From an uncultured Bacteroidota bacterium (GTDB taxonomy: Bacteria > Bacteroidota > Bacteroidia > Chitinophagales > Chitinophagaceae): 64,000 nucleotides of DNA. Below are positions 29,574-38,925 of the stretch, piece by piece. The position numbers were made by a program, and so were the translations under genes. Location: contig CAVYAV010000001.1 in the NCBI GenBank assembly GCA_963766585.1, positions 343,761-407,760 on the forward strand, in the 5' to 3' direction. Under the pieces are notes generated by a model that searched no databases, had not been told where the DNA came from, and saw only the letters and a program-made list of their open reading frames with translations. Position 1 is the stretch's first letter. Each line of letters opens with the position of its first letter.

Positions 29574-31838
29574 ATGGTTTTCGACCTGGATTTAATCAAG
29601 AAAGTTTATGCTGAAATGCCTTCTAAAATTGCTGCTGCAAAAAAAATAACAGGAAAGGCCCTTACACTATCTGAAAAAATCCTTTATACCCACCTTTTTT
29701 CAACAACCATCCGGGATTATGCAAGGGGAAAAGATTATGTTGATTTCGCACCGGATCGTGTCGCCATGCAGGATGCCACAGCTCAAATGGCCCTGCTCCA
29801 GTTCAGCACCTGCGGCAGGGAACGGGTGGCCGTGCCATCCACAGTTCATTGTGATCACCTCATCCAGGCTAAAACAGGAGCCAAAACCGATCTTTCCACA
29901 GCCCTTGACGTGAATAAGGAAGTCTACGATTTTTTATCCTCAATCTCCAATAAATATGGTATCGGATTCTGGAAACCCGGCGCAGGAATTATCCACCAGG
30001 TAGTACTGGAAAATTATGCGTTCCCCGGTGGCATGATGATCGGGACCGATTCTCATACACCCAATGCAGGCGGACTGGGAATGATCGCTATTGGCGTGGG
30101 TGGTGCCGATGCAGTGGATGTCATGGCCGGGCTGGCCTGGGAACTTAAAATGCCCAAACTGATTGGCATTAAACTCAACGGAAAGTTGAACGGATGGACT
30201 TCTGCGAAAGATGTAATCCTCAAAGTAGCCGGTATTCTCACTGTTAAAGGGGGAACCGGGGCGATCGTGGAATATTTCGGAGAAGGCGCGGACAGCTTAA
30301 GCGCTACCGGAAAGGCAACAATATGCAATATGGGTGCTGAAATCGGCGCCACCTGTTCTCTTTTCACATACGACGACAAAATGTCTGCTTATCTGAAAGC
30401 GACCGAACGCGAGGAAGTAGCACGACTGGCAGACAAAGTAAAAGACTGCCTCCGTCCGGATCCTGAAGTATATGCAAATCCGGCAGTTTACTATGATCAA
30501 CTGATTGAAATAAATCTGGATGAACTGGAACCCCATGTTAATGGTCCGTTTACCCCGGATCTCGCGTGGCCCATTTCCAAATTTGCGGAAGCCGTAAAAA
30601 ACAATCAATGGCCTGAAAAACTTGAGGTGGCACTTATTGGCTCCTGTACGAATTCCTCTTATGAAGATATAAGTCGTTCTGCTTCAATTGCAAAACAGGC
30701 AATAGAAAAAAATCTCGACACAAGAGCTGAATTTACCATTACACCAGGAAGTGAGCTTGTACGTTTTACCATTGAGAAAGATGGTTTTCTCGATACCTTC
30801 GAAAAAATAGGTGGCGTGGTGCTCGCCAATGCCTGCGGGCCTTGTATCGGGCAGTGGGCCCGTCATATTGATGATCCAAACCGCAAAAATTCCATCATCA
30901 CATCTTTTAACCGGAATTTTGCACGTCGCAATGACGGTCTTTCTTCCACCCATGCTTTTGTTGCTTCTCCCGAAATTGTAACGGCTATGGCCATTGCGGG
31001 CAGCCTGAATTTTAACCCTCTAAAAGATAAGCTGACCAATAGAAATGGAGAAGATGTTATGTTGGATGAGCCATCTGGTTTTGAATTGCCGCCGAGAGGA
31101 TTTTCCGTGGATGATCCGGGGTACCTGCCGCCTGCAGAAGATGGCAGCAAACTGAAAGTTATTGTAAAACCGGATTCTCAAAGACTGCAACTATTGGAAC
31201 CCTTTAAGGCCTGGGAAGGAGTTGATTTAACCGGTTTACGTTTATTGATCAAAGCCAAAGGTAAATGTACTACCGATCATATTTCCATGGCAGGTCCCTG
31301 GTTAAAATTCAGGGGACACCTTGACAATATTTCAAATAATATGCTGATCGGAGCCATTAACTACTTTAATGAAAAATCTGATTCAGTTAAAAACCAGCTG
31401 ACAGCTGAATACGGACCGGTTCCTGCAACAGCCAGGGCCTACAAAGCCGCTGGTATAGGAAGCATCGTTGTAGGAGATGAGAACTACGGAGAAGGTTCTT
31501 CCCGTGAACATGCTGCAATGGAACCACGCCACCTGGGCGTTCGTGCTATACTGGTGAGATCTTTCGCCCGCATCCATGAAACAAACCTGAAGAAGCAGGG
31601 CATGCTGGCATTAACTTTTGCCAATAAATCTGACTATGAAAAAATCCAGGAAGACGATGTAATCGATATTCTCGGACTCACTCATTTTTCTCCTGGTCAG
31701 CCTCTTACCCTTGTTCTGCATCACCTCCACGGCGAGCCCGAAGAGATCCAGGTTAACCATACTTACAATGAATCACAGATAGAATGGTTCAGGGCAGGCG
31801 GCGCATTGAATGTGATACGGGCTGAATTTGCAAAATAA
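29574..31838 (+). CDS. Aconitate hydratase (about 755-aa mitochondrial-type aconitase)
   Basis: Fe-S ligand regions IGSCTNSS and [11 protein letters not shown], and swivel-domain motif [16 protein letters not shown]. The ATG at 29574 is preferred over the TTG at 29565. Confidence 0.9.
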   Translation: MVFDLDLIKKVYAEMPSKIAAAKKITGKALTLSEKILYTHLFSTTIRDYARGKDYVDFAPDRVAMQDATAQMALLQFSTCGRERVAVPSTVHCDHLIQAKTGAKTDLSTALDVNKEVYDFLSSISNKYGIGFWKPGAGIIHQVVLENYAFPGGMMIGTDSHTPNAGGLGMIAIGVGGADAVDVMAGLAWELKMPKLIGIKLNGKLNGWTSAKDVILKVAGILTVKGGTGAIVEYFGEGADSLSATGKATICNMGAEIGATCSLFTYDDKMSAYLKATEREEVARLADKVKDCLRPDPEVYANPAVYYDQLIEINLDELEPHVNGPFTPDLAWPISKFAEAVKNNQWPEKLEVALIGSCTNSSYEDISRSASIAKQAIEKNLDTRAEFTITPGSELVRFTIEKDGFLDTFEKIGGVVLANACGPCIGQWARHIDDPNRKNSIITSFNRNFARRNDGLSSTHAFVASPEIVTAMAIAGSLNFNPLKDKLTNRNGEDVMLDEPSGFELPPRGFSVDDPGYLPPAEDGSKLKVIVKPDSQRLQLLEPFKAWEGVDLTGLRLLIKAKGKCTTDHISMAGPWLKFRGHLDNISNNMLIGAINYFNEKSDSVKNQLTAEYGPVPATARAYKAAGIGSIVVGDENYGEGSSREHAAMEPRHLGVRAILVRSFARIHETNLKKQGMLALTFANKSDYEKIQEDDVIDILGLTHFSPGQPLTLVLHHLHGEPEEIQVNHTYNESQIEWFRAGGALNVIRAEFAK

Positions 31839-31840
31839 GC

Positions 31841-33361
31841 ATGGCATACGCCAACAAAATAAGTATGGCAACTGCCGAAAAATGGTATAATAGATTTCCC
31901 GCCGGGTCCGGATGGAAATCTATTATTTTTTTATGCTGCCTGATCATGGGGATTCGTTTTCTTTCTTCCGGTATCATGGGCCTGATGCCGCAGGATGCCT
32001 ATTATGATTTTTATGGTCAGCACCTGGCGCTTTCTTATTTTGATCATCCGCCGATGATCGCTTACATTCTGAGATTATTTACCACCCTGTTTGGGAAAAA
32101 GGTTTTCGTTTTAAAATTGGCAGATACCATATTTACCCTGCTCACCATATTCGCATTTTATAAACTGGCAACCAAATTTCTCTTCGGGGATAAACCCTGG
32201 AAAGCCACTACCCTGCTTGTTTCCACTTTCATGATCAGCATACTTTCGTTGATCTCCACACCCGATGTACCGTTGATGTTATGCTGGACGGTTAGTTTAT
32301 ATTTTCTCCAGGAAGCTATTTTGAGGAAGAAAAATATTTGTTGGATATGGGCAGGAATTTTTACCGGGCTTAGTTTCGATTCAAAATATACTGCGCTTTT
32401 CTTACTTGTTGGGCTGGTCGGATTTTTGATCATAGCTAAACCATACCGAAAACTGCTTATCTCCCCATGGTTTTTTTTATACTTGCTTTGTTTTGCCATA
32501 ATGATCCTTCCGGTTTATATCTGGAACAGGCAAAATGGATTTGCTTCATTTAAATTCCAATCTGAAGGACGGGCAAACGAAGGTATCCATATTAATCCAG
32601 CCGGTTTTCTGGGCGTGATCGGACATCAGTCCGCCATCCTGCTTCCAATTTTGTTCTTTTCCTTTTGTTATTTCATTTACCGAATTCTGCAGAAATATGG
32701 ACTCCGCTTCGCAAGGATTCCCGATGACCAGTTATTTCTGTTGAGTTTTTTTATACCCTTATTTATAGGATTTTTTTCCATTTCACCGATTTATTGGGTG
32801 AAATTAAACTGGATTATGCCCGCCTATATTTCAGGTATTATCTGGATATGCCGGTTCTGGAATATAAAATGGATACGATACCAGTTGCTTTTTTCCATTT
32901 TGCTTCACGTTGTACTTGCAGTGGAAATCATATTTTATATTGTCCCGATCCGGTCAGACGATACCTGGTTTGGCTGGCAGACTTTTTCAGAAAAAGTGGA
33001 AACGATACGGAATCAATATCCGGAAACATTTATTTTTTCGGCTGATGATTATAAGACTTCTGCTGTTTTGAATTTTTATCTTAAAGAAATGGTTTATTCC
33101 AAAAATGTTGTAGGTGAACAGGGCCTTCAGTTTGACTATATAGGCACGGACCTCAATAAATTAAATGGAAAGGATGCCATTTATATTGATTCCAATCCCC
33201 GATTTACCAACTTTGAAAATGAAAATAAATCAGTCCCGGCTTCTTATTCGGACTATTTTGATGAGATTATCCCACTCCAACCCATTCTAATTAAAAACAA
33301 TGGCCGGGTTGAACGGAAATGGTCCGTATTTCTCTGTAAAAATTACCATTTCAGAAAATAA
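31841..33361 (+). CDS. Glycosyltransferase family 39 (ArnT/PMT-like) integral membrane protein
   Basis: 506 aa and polytopic. It has the N-terminal loop motif DAYYDFYGQHLALSYFDHPPM, typical of GT-C/PMT_2 enzymes. Confidence 0.7.
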   Translation: MAYANKISMATAEKWYNRFPAGSGWKSIIFLCCLIMGIRFLSSGIMGLMPQDAYYDFYGQHLALSYFDHPPMIAYILRLFTTLFGKKVFVLKLADTIFTLLTIFAFYKLATKFLFGDKPWKATTLLVSTFMISILSLISTPDVPLMLCWTVSLYFLQEAILRKKNICWIWAGIFTGLSFDSKYTALFLLVGLVGFLIIAKPYRKLLISPWFFLYLLCFAIMILPVYIWNRQNGFASFKFQSEGRANEGIHINPAGFLGVIGHQSAILLPILFFSFCYFIYRILQKYGLRFARIPDDQLFLLSFFIPLFIGFFSISPIYWVKLNWIMPAYISGIIWICRFWNIKWIRYQLLFSILLHVVLAVEIIFYIVPIRSDDTWFGWQTFSEKVETIRNQYPETFIFSADDYKTSAVLNFYLKEMVYSKNVVGEQGLQFDYIGTDLNKLNGKDAIYIDSNPRFTNFENENKSVPASYSDYFDEIIPLQPILIKNNGRVERKWSVFLCKNYHFRK

Positions 33362-33370
33362 TTTCCATTT

Positions 33371-33511
33371 GTTAATTGTTAATTGTCAACGGGTAATATT
33401 TTCAAGAGAAGTACGTTCACCATAAATTATTATTTATCAATCGTCAACTTTCAACTATCAAATTTCTAGTATTGATACTTAACAATTGACAATTAACCAT
33501 TGACAATTAAC
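33371..33511. repeat. Intergenic element bounded by inverted copies of a 12-mer (gttaattgtcaa / ttgacaattaac), the right arm tandemly duplicated
   Basis: gttaattgtcaa at 33378-33389; exact reverse complement ttgacaattaac at 33486-33497 and again at 33500-33511 (14-bp period). The left side also has the partial tandem gttaattgttaattg. Confidence 0.6.
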
Positions 33512-33526
33512 CATTAAAGCCTGTCC

Positions 33527-34924
33527 ATGAAATTCCTGATCCTGATTCCTACGATATTTTTTTTCCTGGCCTGTTCTTCCACAAAAAAACCGTTAGCTGC
33601 AAGGGAGGAAGAAGAAATAAGCCTACCGGATCTGCCCGTTTCGGAATTGGATATTCCTGTGAGAATAGCAGCTGCTCCATTGCTGGCTAAGGCTGAGCAA
33701 CTGGTTCCCTCTGAATTTACTTCAGACGCCTGGCCTGAATACATGCACCCTTCCTGCGATTTCAGATACAGATACCGGTTTATCCGGGGAGGGCTCCAGA
33801 TTACCTGTGTTAATAATATTCTTGGAATTCAATTTGGCGGGAACTATCAGGTCAGCGGCAGTAAATGTCTTTGCACTGCGGGAATCCCTGTTACTCCATG
33901 GATCTCCGGCAACTGCGGCTTTTCACCACAACCCCTGCGAAAAGTAAATATGTCTATTAGCACTGGTCTGCATTTTCTTCCAAACTACCATTTACAAACC
34001 AACACCACAATCATTAAAATCCAACCCATTGACAAATGTGAAGTCTCCGTTTTTTCCAGTGATATTACCCAACTTGTAATGGACAGTATCCGCTCTTCAC
34101 TTGCAACCTTTTCATCCGCCATGGATCAGACCATCGCCGGTTTAACATTTACAAAATTTATTTCAGGGCTGAAAGACAGCAGCTATCATAAAATCAAAAT
34201 CGGGCCATATGGTTACTTCTTGCTGAATCCATCGGGAGTCCGCATCGGACAACTCAATTTTGTCAAAGACAGTTTTTCCATTTCTGTGGGTATTTCCTGC
34301 AGGCCCCAGTTTAGTTCAGATTCAGTAAACCTAACACCGGTACCATCATCCCTGCCCGCGCTGCTACAAACAGAAAACAGGAATGGAATACGCCTGTTTA
34401 TGAATATGAACTACGATTATAATTTCCTCACAAAAACATTACAGGACAGTCTCCGAAATAAGATTTTTGAAATAAAGGGAAGAACAATCGTTGTGAAGGA
34501 TGCCAGCTTAAAAGGCATCGGAAATCATCAGGTTGAGCTGAGAATAGATTTTGCCGGAAGCAATCACGGCAGCATTTACCTGAGGGGTACTCCTACTCTT
34601 GATACAGCGAGGCAAACCCTGAGTTTACCGGATGTTCAATATTCGATGGAAGGCGTAGACCTGGCGCTCAAAGTGGGAAGAAGTCTTTTTAAAAGTAAAA
34701 TCCGAAAAACCATTCAGGGGAAGTCGTACCTGGATATCACAGCCTGGATAGCATCCAATAAAGCAATCATTGATCAAACACTGAACCGCGAGCTGATAAA
34801 AGACGTATATACATCAGGGACGCTGAAAGAGGCTAAAATCATTGGCATGGCCGTGACCAAACAAAACATTCAGCTTCAGGTATTTATAGCGGGCGAACTA
34901 AAAATTTTGGGTGGCAACCTTTAA
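33527..34924 (+). CDS. Lipoprotein of unknown function (possibly DUF4403 family)
   Basis: Lipobox MKFLILIPTIFFFLACSS, 465 aa. The size and composition resemble DUF4403, but the family assignment is from memory only. Confidence 0.5.
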   Translation: MKFLILIPTIFFFLACSSTKKPLAAREEEEISLPDLPVSELDIPVRIAAAPLLAKAEQLVPSEFTSDAWPEYMHPSCDFRYRYRFIRGGLQITCVNNILGIQFGGNYQVSGSKCLCTAGIPVTPWISGNCGFSPQPLRKVNMSISTGLHFLPNYHLQTNTTIIKIQPIDKCEVSVFSSDITQLVMDSIRSSLATFSSAMDQTIAGLTFTKFISGLKDSSYHKIKIGPYGYFLLNPSGVRIGQLNFVKDSFSISVGISCRPQFSSDSVNLTPVPSSLPALLQTENRNGIRLFMNMNYDYNFLTKTLQDSLRNKIFEIKGRTIVVKDASLKGIGNHQVELRIDFAGSNHGSIYLRGTPTLDTARQTLSLPDVQYSMEGVDLALKVGRSLFKSKIRKTIQGKSYLDITAWIASNKAIIDQTLNRELIKDVYTSGTLKEAKIIGMAVTKQNIQLQVFIAGELKILGGNL

Positions 34925-34999
34925 CATAAGATTTACGTAATTTAATAAAGATGAAGTGGTTGCGCTATTATCTTCACCTTCGCAAAAGGCCTTAAATCA

Positions 35000-35590
35000 T
35001 TGATTAACGGTAACCACCAGATAAGCGCACTGATAGCCGGATGCAGGCAGAATAACCGCGCCAGCCAGAAGGAATTATATGAATTCCTGAAGGGTTACGC
35101 CATGAAAATCTGCTACCGTTATCAACACAATCAGTACCAGGTTGAAGAAATTGTAAATGAGGGCTTCACAAAGTTTTTCAAGAATATCCACCAGTTTGAT
35201 GAAAACCGGCATCTGGAGATCGCCATGGCGTTAAAGGGTTGGTTTAAACGTATTCTGGTCAATACCTGTATAGATTACTATCGCAAAAACTCTGCTTATC
35301 TCCACGGACAGGTATTATCTGAAGAAACAGAAAAAATTGCTGATCACGGGGAAACCGGTTTCGACAAAATCGCGTATAAAGAGATCATCGAAGCTATCCG
35401 TTTATTATCCCCGGCATACCGGACAGTGTTTAATTTGTTTGTAATTGAAGGGATGTCGCATGAGGAAATTGGCAGACACCTGGGCATTTCTGTTGGTGCT
35501 TCCAAATCGAATTTATCAAAAGCAAGAGAAAATCTTCGAAAGATACTGACTAAAAAAGCTGATGTGAAAACGTATGTTGAACCTATCTGA
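35000..35590 (+). CDS. RNA polymerase ECF-type sigma-70 factor
   Basis: Region 2 (...EIVNEGFTKFFKNIHQFD..., WFKRILVNTCIDYYRK) and region 4 HTH (...IEGMSHEEIGRHLGISVGASKSNLSKAR). The TTG start at 35000 is uncertain. Confidence 0.85.
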   Translation: MINGNHQISALIAGCRQNNRASQKELYEFLKGYAMKICYRYQHNQYQVEEIVNEGFTKFFKNIHQFDENRHLEIAMALKGWFKRILVNTCIDYYRKNSAYLHGQVLSEETEKIADHGETGFDKIAYKEIIEAIRLLSPAYRTVFNLFVIEGMSHEEIGRHLGISVGASKSNLSKARENLRKILTKKADVKTYVEPI

Positions 35591-36992
35591 TAAAGATATT
35601 GACCGGCTGAGCAGGGAAGCGGCGGATTCATTTGAACCCGACCACTCCAACCTGTCCTGGAGCAGGCTCGAGCAAAAGCTCACGGAGCAGATGCCTGAGC
35701 GGCCACCTGACGGTTTTTCCTTTGGCCGGATAAAACCGTATATATGGGGACCGGCCCTGGCAATTATTGCAACCATGTCCTTTTATCTGATCAAAAATAA
35801 TTTCTATAGTCAACTTTCTACACGAACAATTCAACCCGTAAATCAAGCTTCTGCACTTTCATCGTCAAATAAAAATGGCACCAAGGGAAATGTGCAGGAG
35901 GATGGTCTGGGAGGAACAACGGACGAAAAAGCTTCTCGCGTAAATAGCTCTACAGATGAAACTCCAGTAGACGGATCCCCATCGGGTACCGGTACAGCAG
36001 CTGATAAAAGCGATAAGGCCAAGACCAGCCTGCTACTTGGTTCAAGTGCGATGTCTGGCGAAGGAAATCTCCGAAACAGAAAAGGGAAAGCGGATATTCG
36101 GAGCAGTCAAAACCTGGCCTCCGGGAATACTTCAGCCCTTGGTCTGTCTGGAATATCTGACGGAAATGATTTAAATGGTTCAGGATTTGCGATGGGTGGA
36201 TCAGCAGTTACATCAACGGCAGGATCCAGAATTCCGTCTTCTCTGCCTCCACTCGCATATACCAGGGCACAGTTAGGTACCGTTAAAGGGAATGACTCCC
36301 TGTTGAACAGGCATAGCCTCAATAAGGCTCCGGTTACCGGAAAGACAGTGCATATAAACCGTTCCCTGAATTTTGGATTTGCATTCGGCCCTGACTATAC
36401 GGATGCGGGAGGTATTCCAAATAATCAGTTTGGAAATAATATCGGGATTACCATAGGATATTACCTGACCGGCAGACTTTCGGTAAATTCAGGCATTTTT
36501 TATTCGAATAAGTTTTACTGGACTCACGGTTATGGTCCAGGCAGACCAATGCGGGTGACAGGGCCTCCTCAGATTTCCGCATATGCCGCAGCAGCACCAA
36601 CTTATGAATTTGTAAATGGATCGGCCAATTTATATGAACTTCCCCTCACTCTTAGGTATGATATCGGAAACAGCGGAAAATCAAAATTCTTTGCGAATGC
36701 CGGACTCTCTTCTTATTTCTTCATAAACCAGTCAAGCATTTATTTTTTTCATAGTGGGGGCAGACCTTCGGCCTGGAAAAAGATAGACAATTCACAACAG
36801 AATTACTGGTTTGATATCGCGGATATTTCTCTGGGTGTGGAAACAGATATGGGAAAAGGTTTTTCTTTTCAGGCTGAACCATTCCTGAAACTGCCCCTTA
36901 AACCTATGGGCATGGAGAATGCCAAACTCAGCACTTATGGATTCCTGTTATCCATCCGGTACACACCTGAGCTAACAAAGTCAAAAAAATAG
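35574..36992 (+). CDS. Sigma-factor-coupled membrane protein: short cytoplasmic N-terminus, one TM helix, Ser/Gly/Thr-rich linker and a C-terminal outer-membrane-beta-barrel-like domain
   Basis: It overlaps the sigma gene by 17 nt. TM helix IWGPALAIIATMSFYLI, a low-complexity region of about 180 aa, and a C-terminal part with alternating-strand OMP pattern ending ...STYGFLLSIRYTPE. Confidence 0.65.
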   Translation: MLNLSDKDIDRLSREAADSFEPDHSNLSWSRLEQKLTEQMPERPPDGFSFGRIKPYIWGPALAIIATMSFYLIKNNFYSQLSTRTIQPVNQASALSSSNKNGTKGNVQEDGLGGTTDEKASRVNSSTDETPVDGSPSGTGTAADKSDKAKTSLLLGSSAMSGEGNLRNRKGKADIRSSQNLASGNTSALGLSGISDGNDLNGSGFAMGGSAVTSTAGSRIPSSLPPLAYTRAQLGTVKGNDSLLNRHSLNKAPVTGKTVHINRSLNFGFAFGPDYTDAGGIPNNQFGNNIGITIGYYLTGRLSVNSGIFYSNKFYWTHGYGPGRPMRVTGPPQISAYAAAAPTYEFVNGSANLYELPLTLRYDIGNSGKSKFFANAGLSSYFFINQSSIYFFHSGGRPSAWKKIDNSQQNYWFDIADISLGVETDMGKGFSFQAEPFLKLPLKPMGMENAKLSTYGFLLSIRYTPELTKSKK

Positions 36993-36998
36993 TGCGGT

Positions 36999-37391
36999 TT
37001 AACCGGGTTTGCCTTTATCAAACCAAACCGGGCGGCTGTCGTTCCAGGTTCCGTTATAATTAATAAAAATTTCCTCCCCTTTTTTTATAGGTCTGACCAC
37101 AGTTATCCGAATCAGGGATAACGCAAAATCCATCGTATACTCAGCATTCGACTGATAATCGTGATTGTAAATTGATACATATCCCAGCGCCATACAGCAG
37201 GCAGATTCGTTTTCCCCCCAAAAAAATATATAATCATGTAACAGTGTCTGATCCAGTAGGATCTTTTCATCCGGACCCATAACAATTACCGGCGAATTTT
37301 CGATTAGCCTTCCGGCAGGAAGGGGTTCGGAGGTAAAGACGCCACGACCCTTTTTTGGCGAATCGCCAATATATAAACATGGTAATATCAT
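36999..37391 (-). CDS. SET domain-containing protein (putative protein-lysine methyltransferase)
   Basis: 130 aa with GRGVFT, NHDYQSNAEY and EEIFINY motifs in SET-domain order. Confidence 0.75.
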   Translation of the reverse strand: MILPCLYIGDSPKKGRGVFTSEPLPAGRLIENSPVIVMGPDEKILLDQTLLHDYIFFWGENESACCMALGYVSIYNHDYQSNAEYTMDFALSLIRITVVRPIKKGEEIFINYNGTWNDSRPVWFDKGKPG

Positions 37392-37460
37392 AATATCTTT
37401 AAATAATCAGGTAAAGGATTAACTAATGGTATCCCTGTGCAATTTATCAAGGCTTCGCTG

Positions 37461-37468
37461 TAAATTTG
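37461..37468 (+). promoter_or_regulatory. -7 promoter box TAAATTTG abutting the mgtE start codon
   Basis: Exact TAnnTTTG match, 4 nt before the ATG at 37473. Confidence 0.3.
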
Positions 37469-37472
37469 ACAG

Positions 37473-38885
37473 ATGACCGTAGAAATCGAAGATACTCCGC
37501 TTAAATACCAGTTTTTGGAGAAACTGCAGTCAGGTGATCTGCAGGAACTACACTCATTTCTGGATAAGCAGAATATCAGTGATGTGGCGGAACTCATCAA
37601 TGAATACCCGGAACATGAACGTGAAATTCTTGGAAATCTGAGTATTCATCGGGCCATAAGCACTTTTAAAATTCTTGATTTCGCTATCCAGAAAGAAATA
37701 ATCCAGGAACTCTCCCCTTCCAAAACAGCTGAATTACTCAACGGGCTGCCTGCGGATGACCGAACTTCTTTTCTGGAAGATCTTCCCAGTGAAGTGGTAA
37801 AAGAATTGATTAAAACCCTTGATCCTGAAGAACGTAAAATCACCTTGTCGCTGTTAGGATATCCCGAAAGCAGTGTGGGCCGGCTTATGACACCGGATTA
37901 TATTGCCGTACAAAAAGACTGGACCATCCGTCAGGTAATCCGTCATATCCGGGATGTGGGCAAAGACAGTGAAACCATCGATGTGATTTATGTGGTGGAT
38001 GAAAGGGGTAAGTTTATTGATGATATCAAGATAAGAGAAATCATTCTGGCAGATCCCGATAAGAAAATTGAGGACGTAATCGATAACCGGTATATCTTTT
38101 TAAATGTTGATGACGATCAGGAAACGGCGAGCAATGCTTTCAAAATGAATAACCGCATGGCGCTACCAGTTCTGGATAACCACAAGGTTCTGCTCGGAAT
38201 TGTAACTATTGACGATGTACTTTGGGTTGCCCAGGAAGAATTTACAGAGGATATCCAGAAAATCGGAGGTACCGAGGCACTGGATCATCCCTATCTGGAA
38301 ACACCATTCTTCCAGCTTATCCGAAAAAGAGTGGGTTGGCTTATTATCCTGTTCCTAAGCGAAATGCTCACGGCTACGGCAATGGCTTATTATAATGATG
38401 AACTTGCAAAGTGGCTCATACTCACCAATTTTATTCCTTTAATCATGTCCAGTGGAGGCAACAGTGGTTCCCAGGCCTCCACACTTATTATACAGGCAAT
38501 GGCCCTGGGCGAAGTAAAACTAGCCGACTGGTGGCAGGTGATGAGGAGGGAAATCCTCTCCGGCTTCATGCTTGGAGCCATACTTGGTTTAATAGGTTTC
38601 ATCAGGATTTTTGTTTGGCATATTTTAATGGCGCGTGGAGTATTTAAAGACATCTATGGGCCGCACTGGGATGCCATCGGTTTATCCGTGAGTTTTTCTT
38701 TAATTGGTGTGGTTTTATGGGGAACACTAACCGGCAGCATGCTACCGATCGTATTAAAAAAACTCGGAGCAGATCCGGCTTCATCCTCTGCCCCATTTGT
38801 AGCGACGTTGGTGGATGTTACTGGACTGATTATATATTTTACAGTGGCATCAATCTTTATGAGTAATATCCTTCTAAACCATTAA
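37473..38885 (+). CDS. mgtE: Magnesium transporter MgtE
   Basis: 470 aa with an MgtE N-domain, a tandem CBS pair and a C-terminal 5-TM domain containing PLIMSSGGNSGSQAS. Confidence 0.9.
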   Translation: MTVEIEDTPLKYQFLEKLQSGDLQELHSFLDKQNISDVAELINEYPEHEREILGNLSIHRAISTFKILDFAIQKEIIQELSPSKTAELLNGLPADDRTSFLEDLPSEVVKELIKTLDPEERKITLSLLGYPESSVGRLMTPDYIAVQKDWTIRQVIRHIRDVGKDSETIDVIYVVDERGKFIDDIKIREIILADPDKKIEDVIDNRYIFLNVDDDQETASNAFKMNNRMALPVLDNHKVLLGIVTIDDVLWVAQEEFTEDIQKIGGTEALDHPYLETPFFQLIRKRVGWLIILFLSEMLTATAMAYYNDELAKWLILTNFIPLIMSSGGNSGSQASTLIIQAMALGEVKLADWWQVMRREILSGFMLGAILGLIGFIRIFVWHILMARGVFKDIYGPHWDAIGLSVSFSLIGVVLWGTLTGSMLPIVLKKLGADPASSSAPFVATLVDVTGLIIYFTVASIFMSNILLNH

Positions 38886-38925
38886 TTCCCGAATGAATAT
38901 TCGGCATCATCCATAATTTCTTATT

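Noticed and set aside
33486-33511. Tandem 14-bp repeat that might hint at a CRISPR or minisatellite array.
   Set aside because: There are only two copies, with no spacers of CRISPR size and no cas genes in the window. It is better explained as the duplicated arm of an inverted repeat.
38886-38925. Possible glmS ribozyme upstream of glmS, and a possible cobalamin riboswitch upstream of the mutase gene (26108-26221).
   Set aside because: The glmS leader is only 40 nt, far too short for the ribozyme. The mutase leader is AT-rich with no B12-box-like element.
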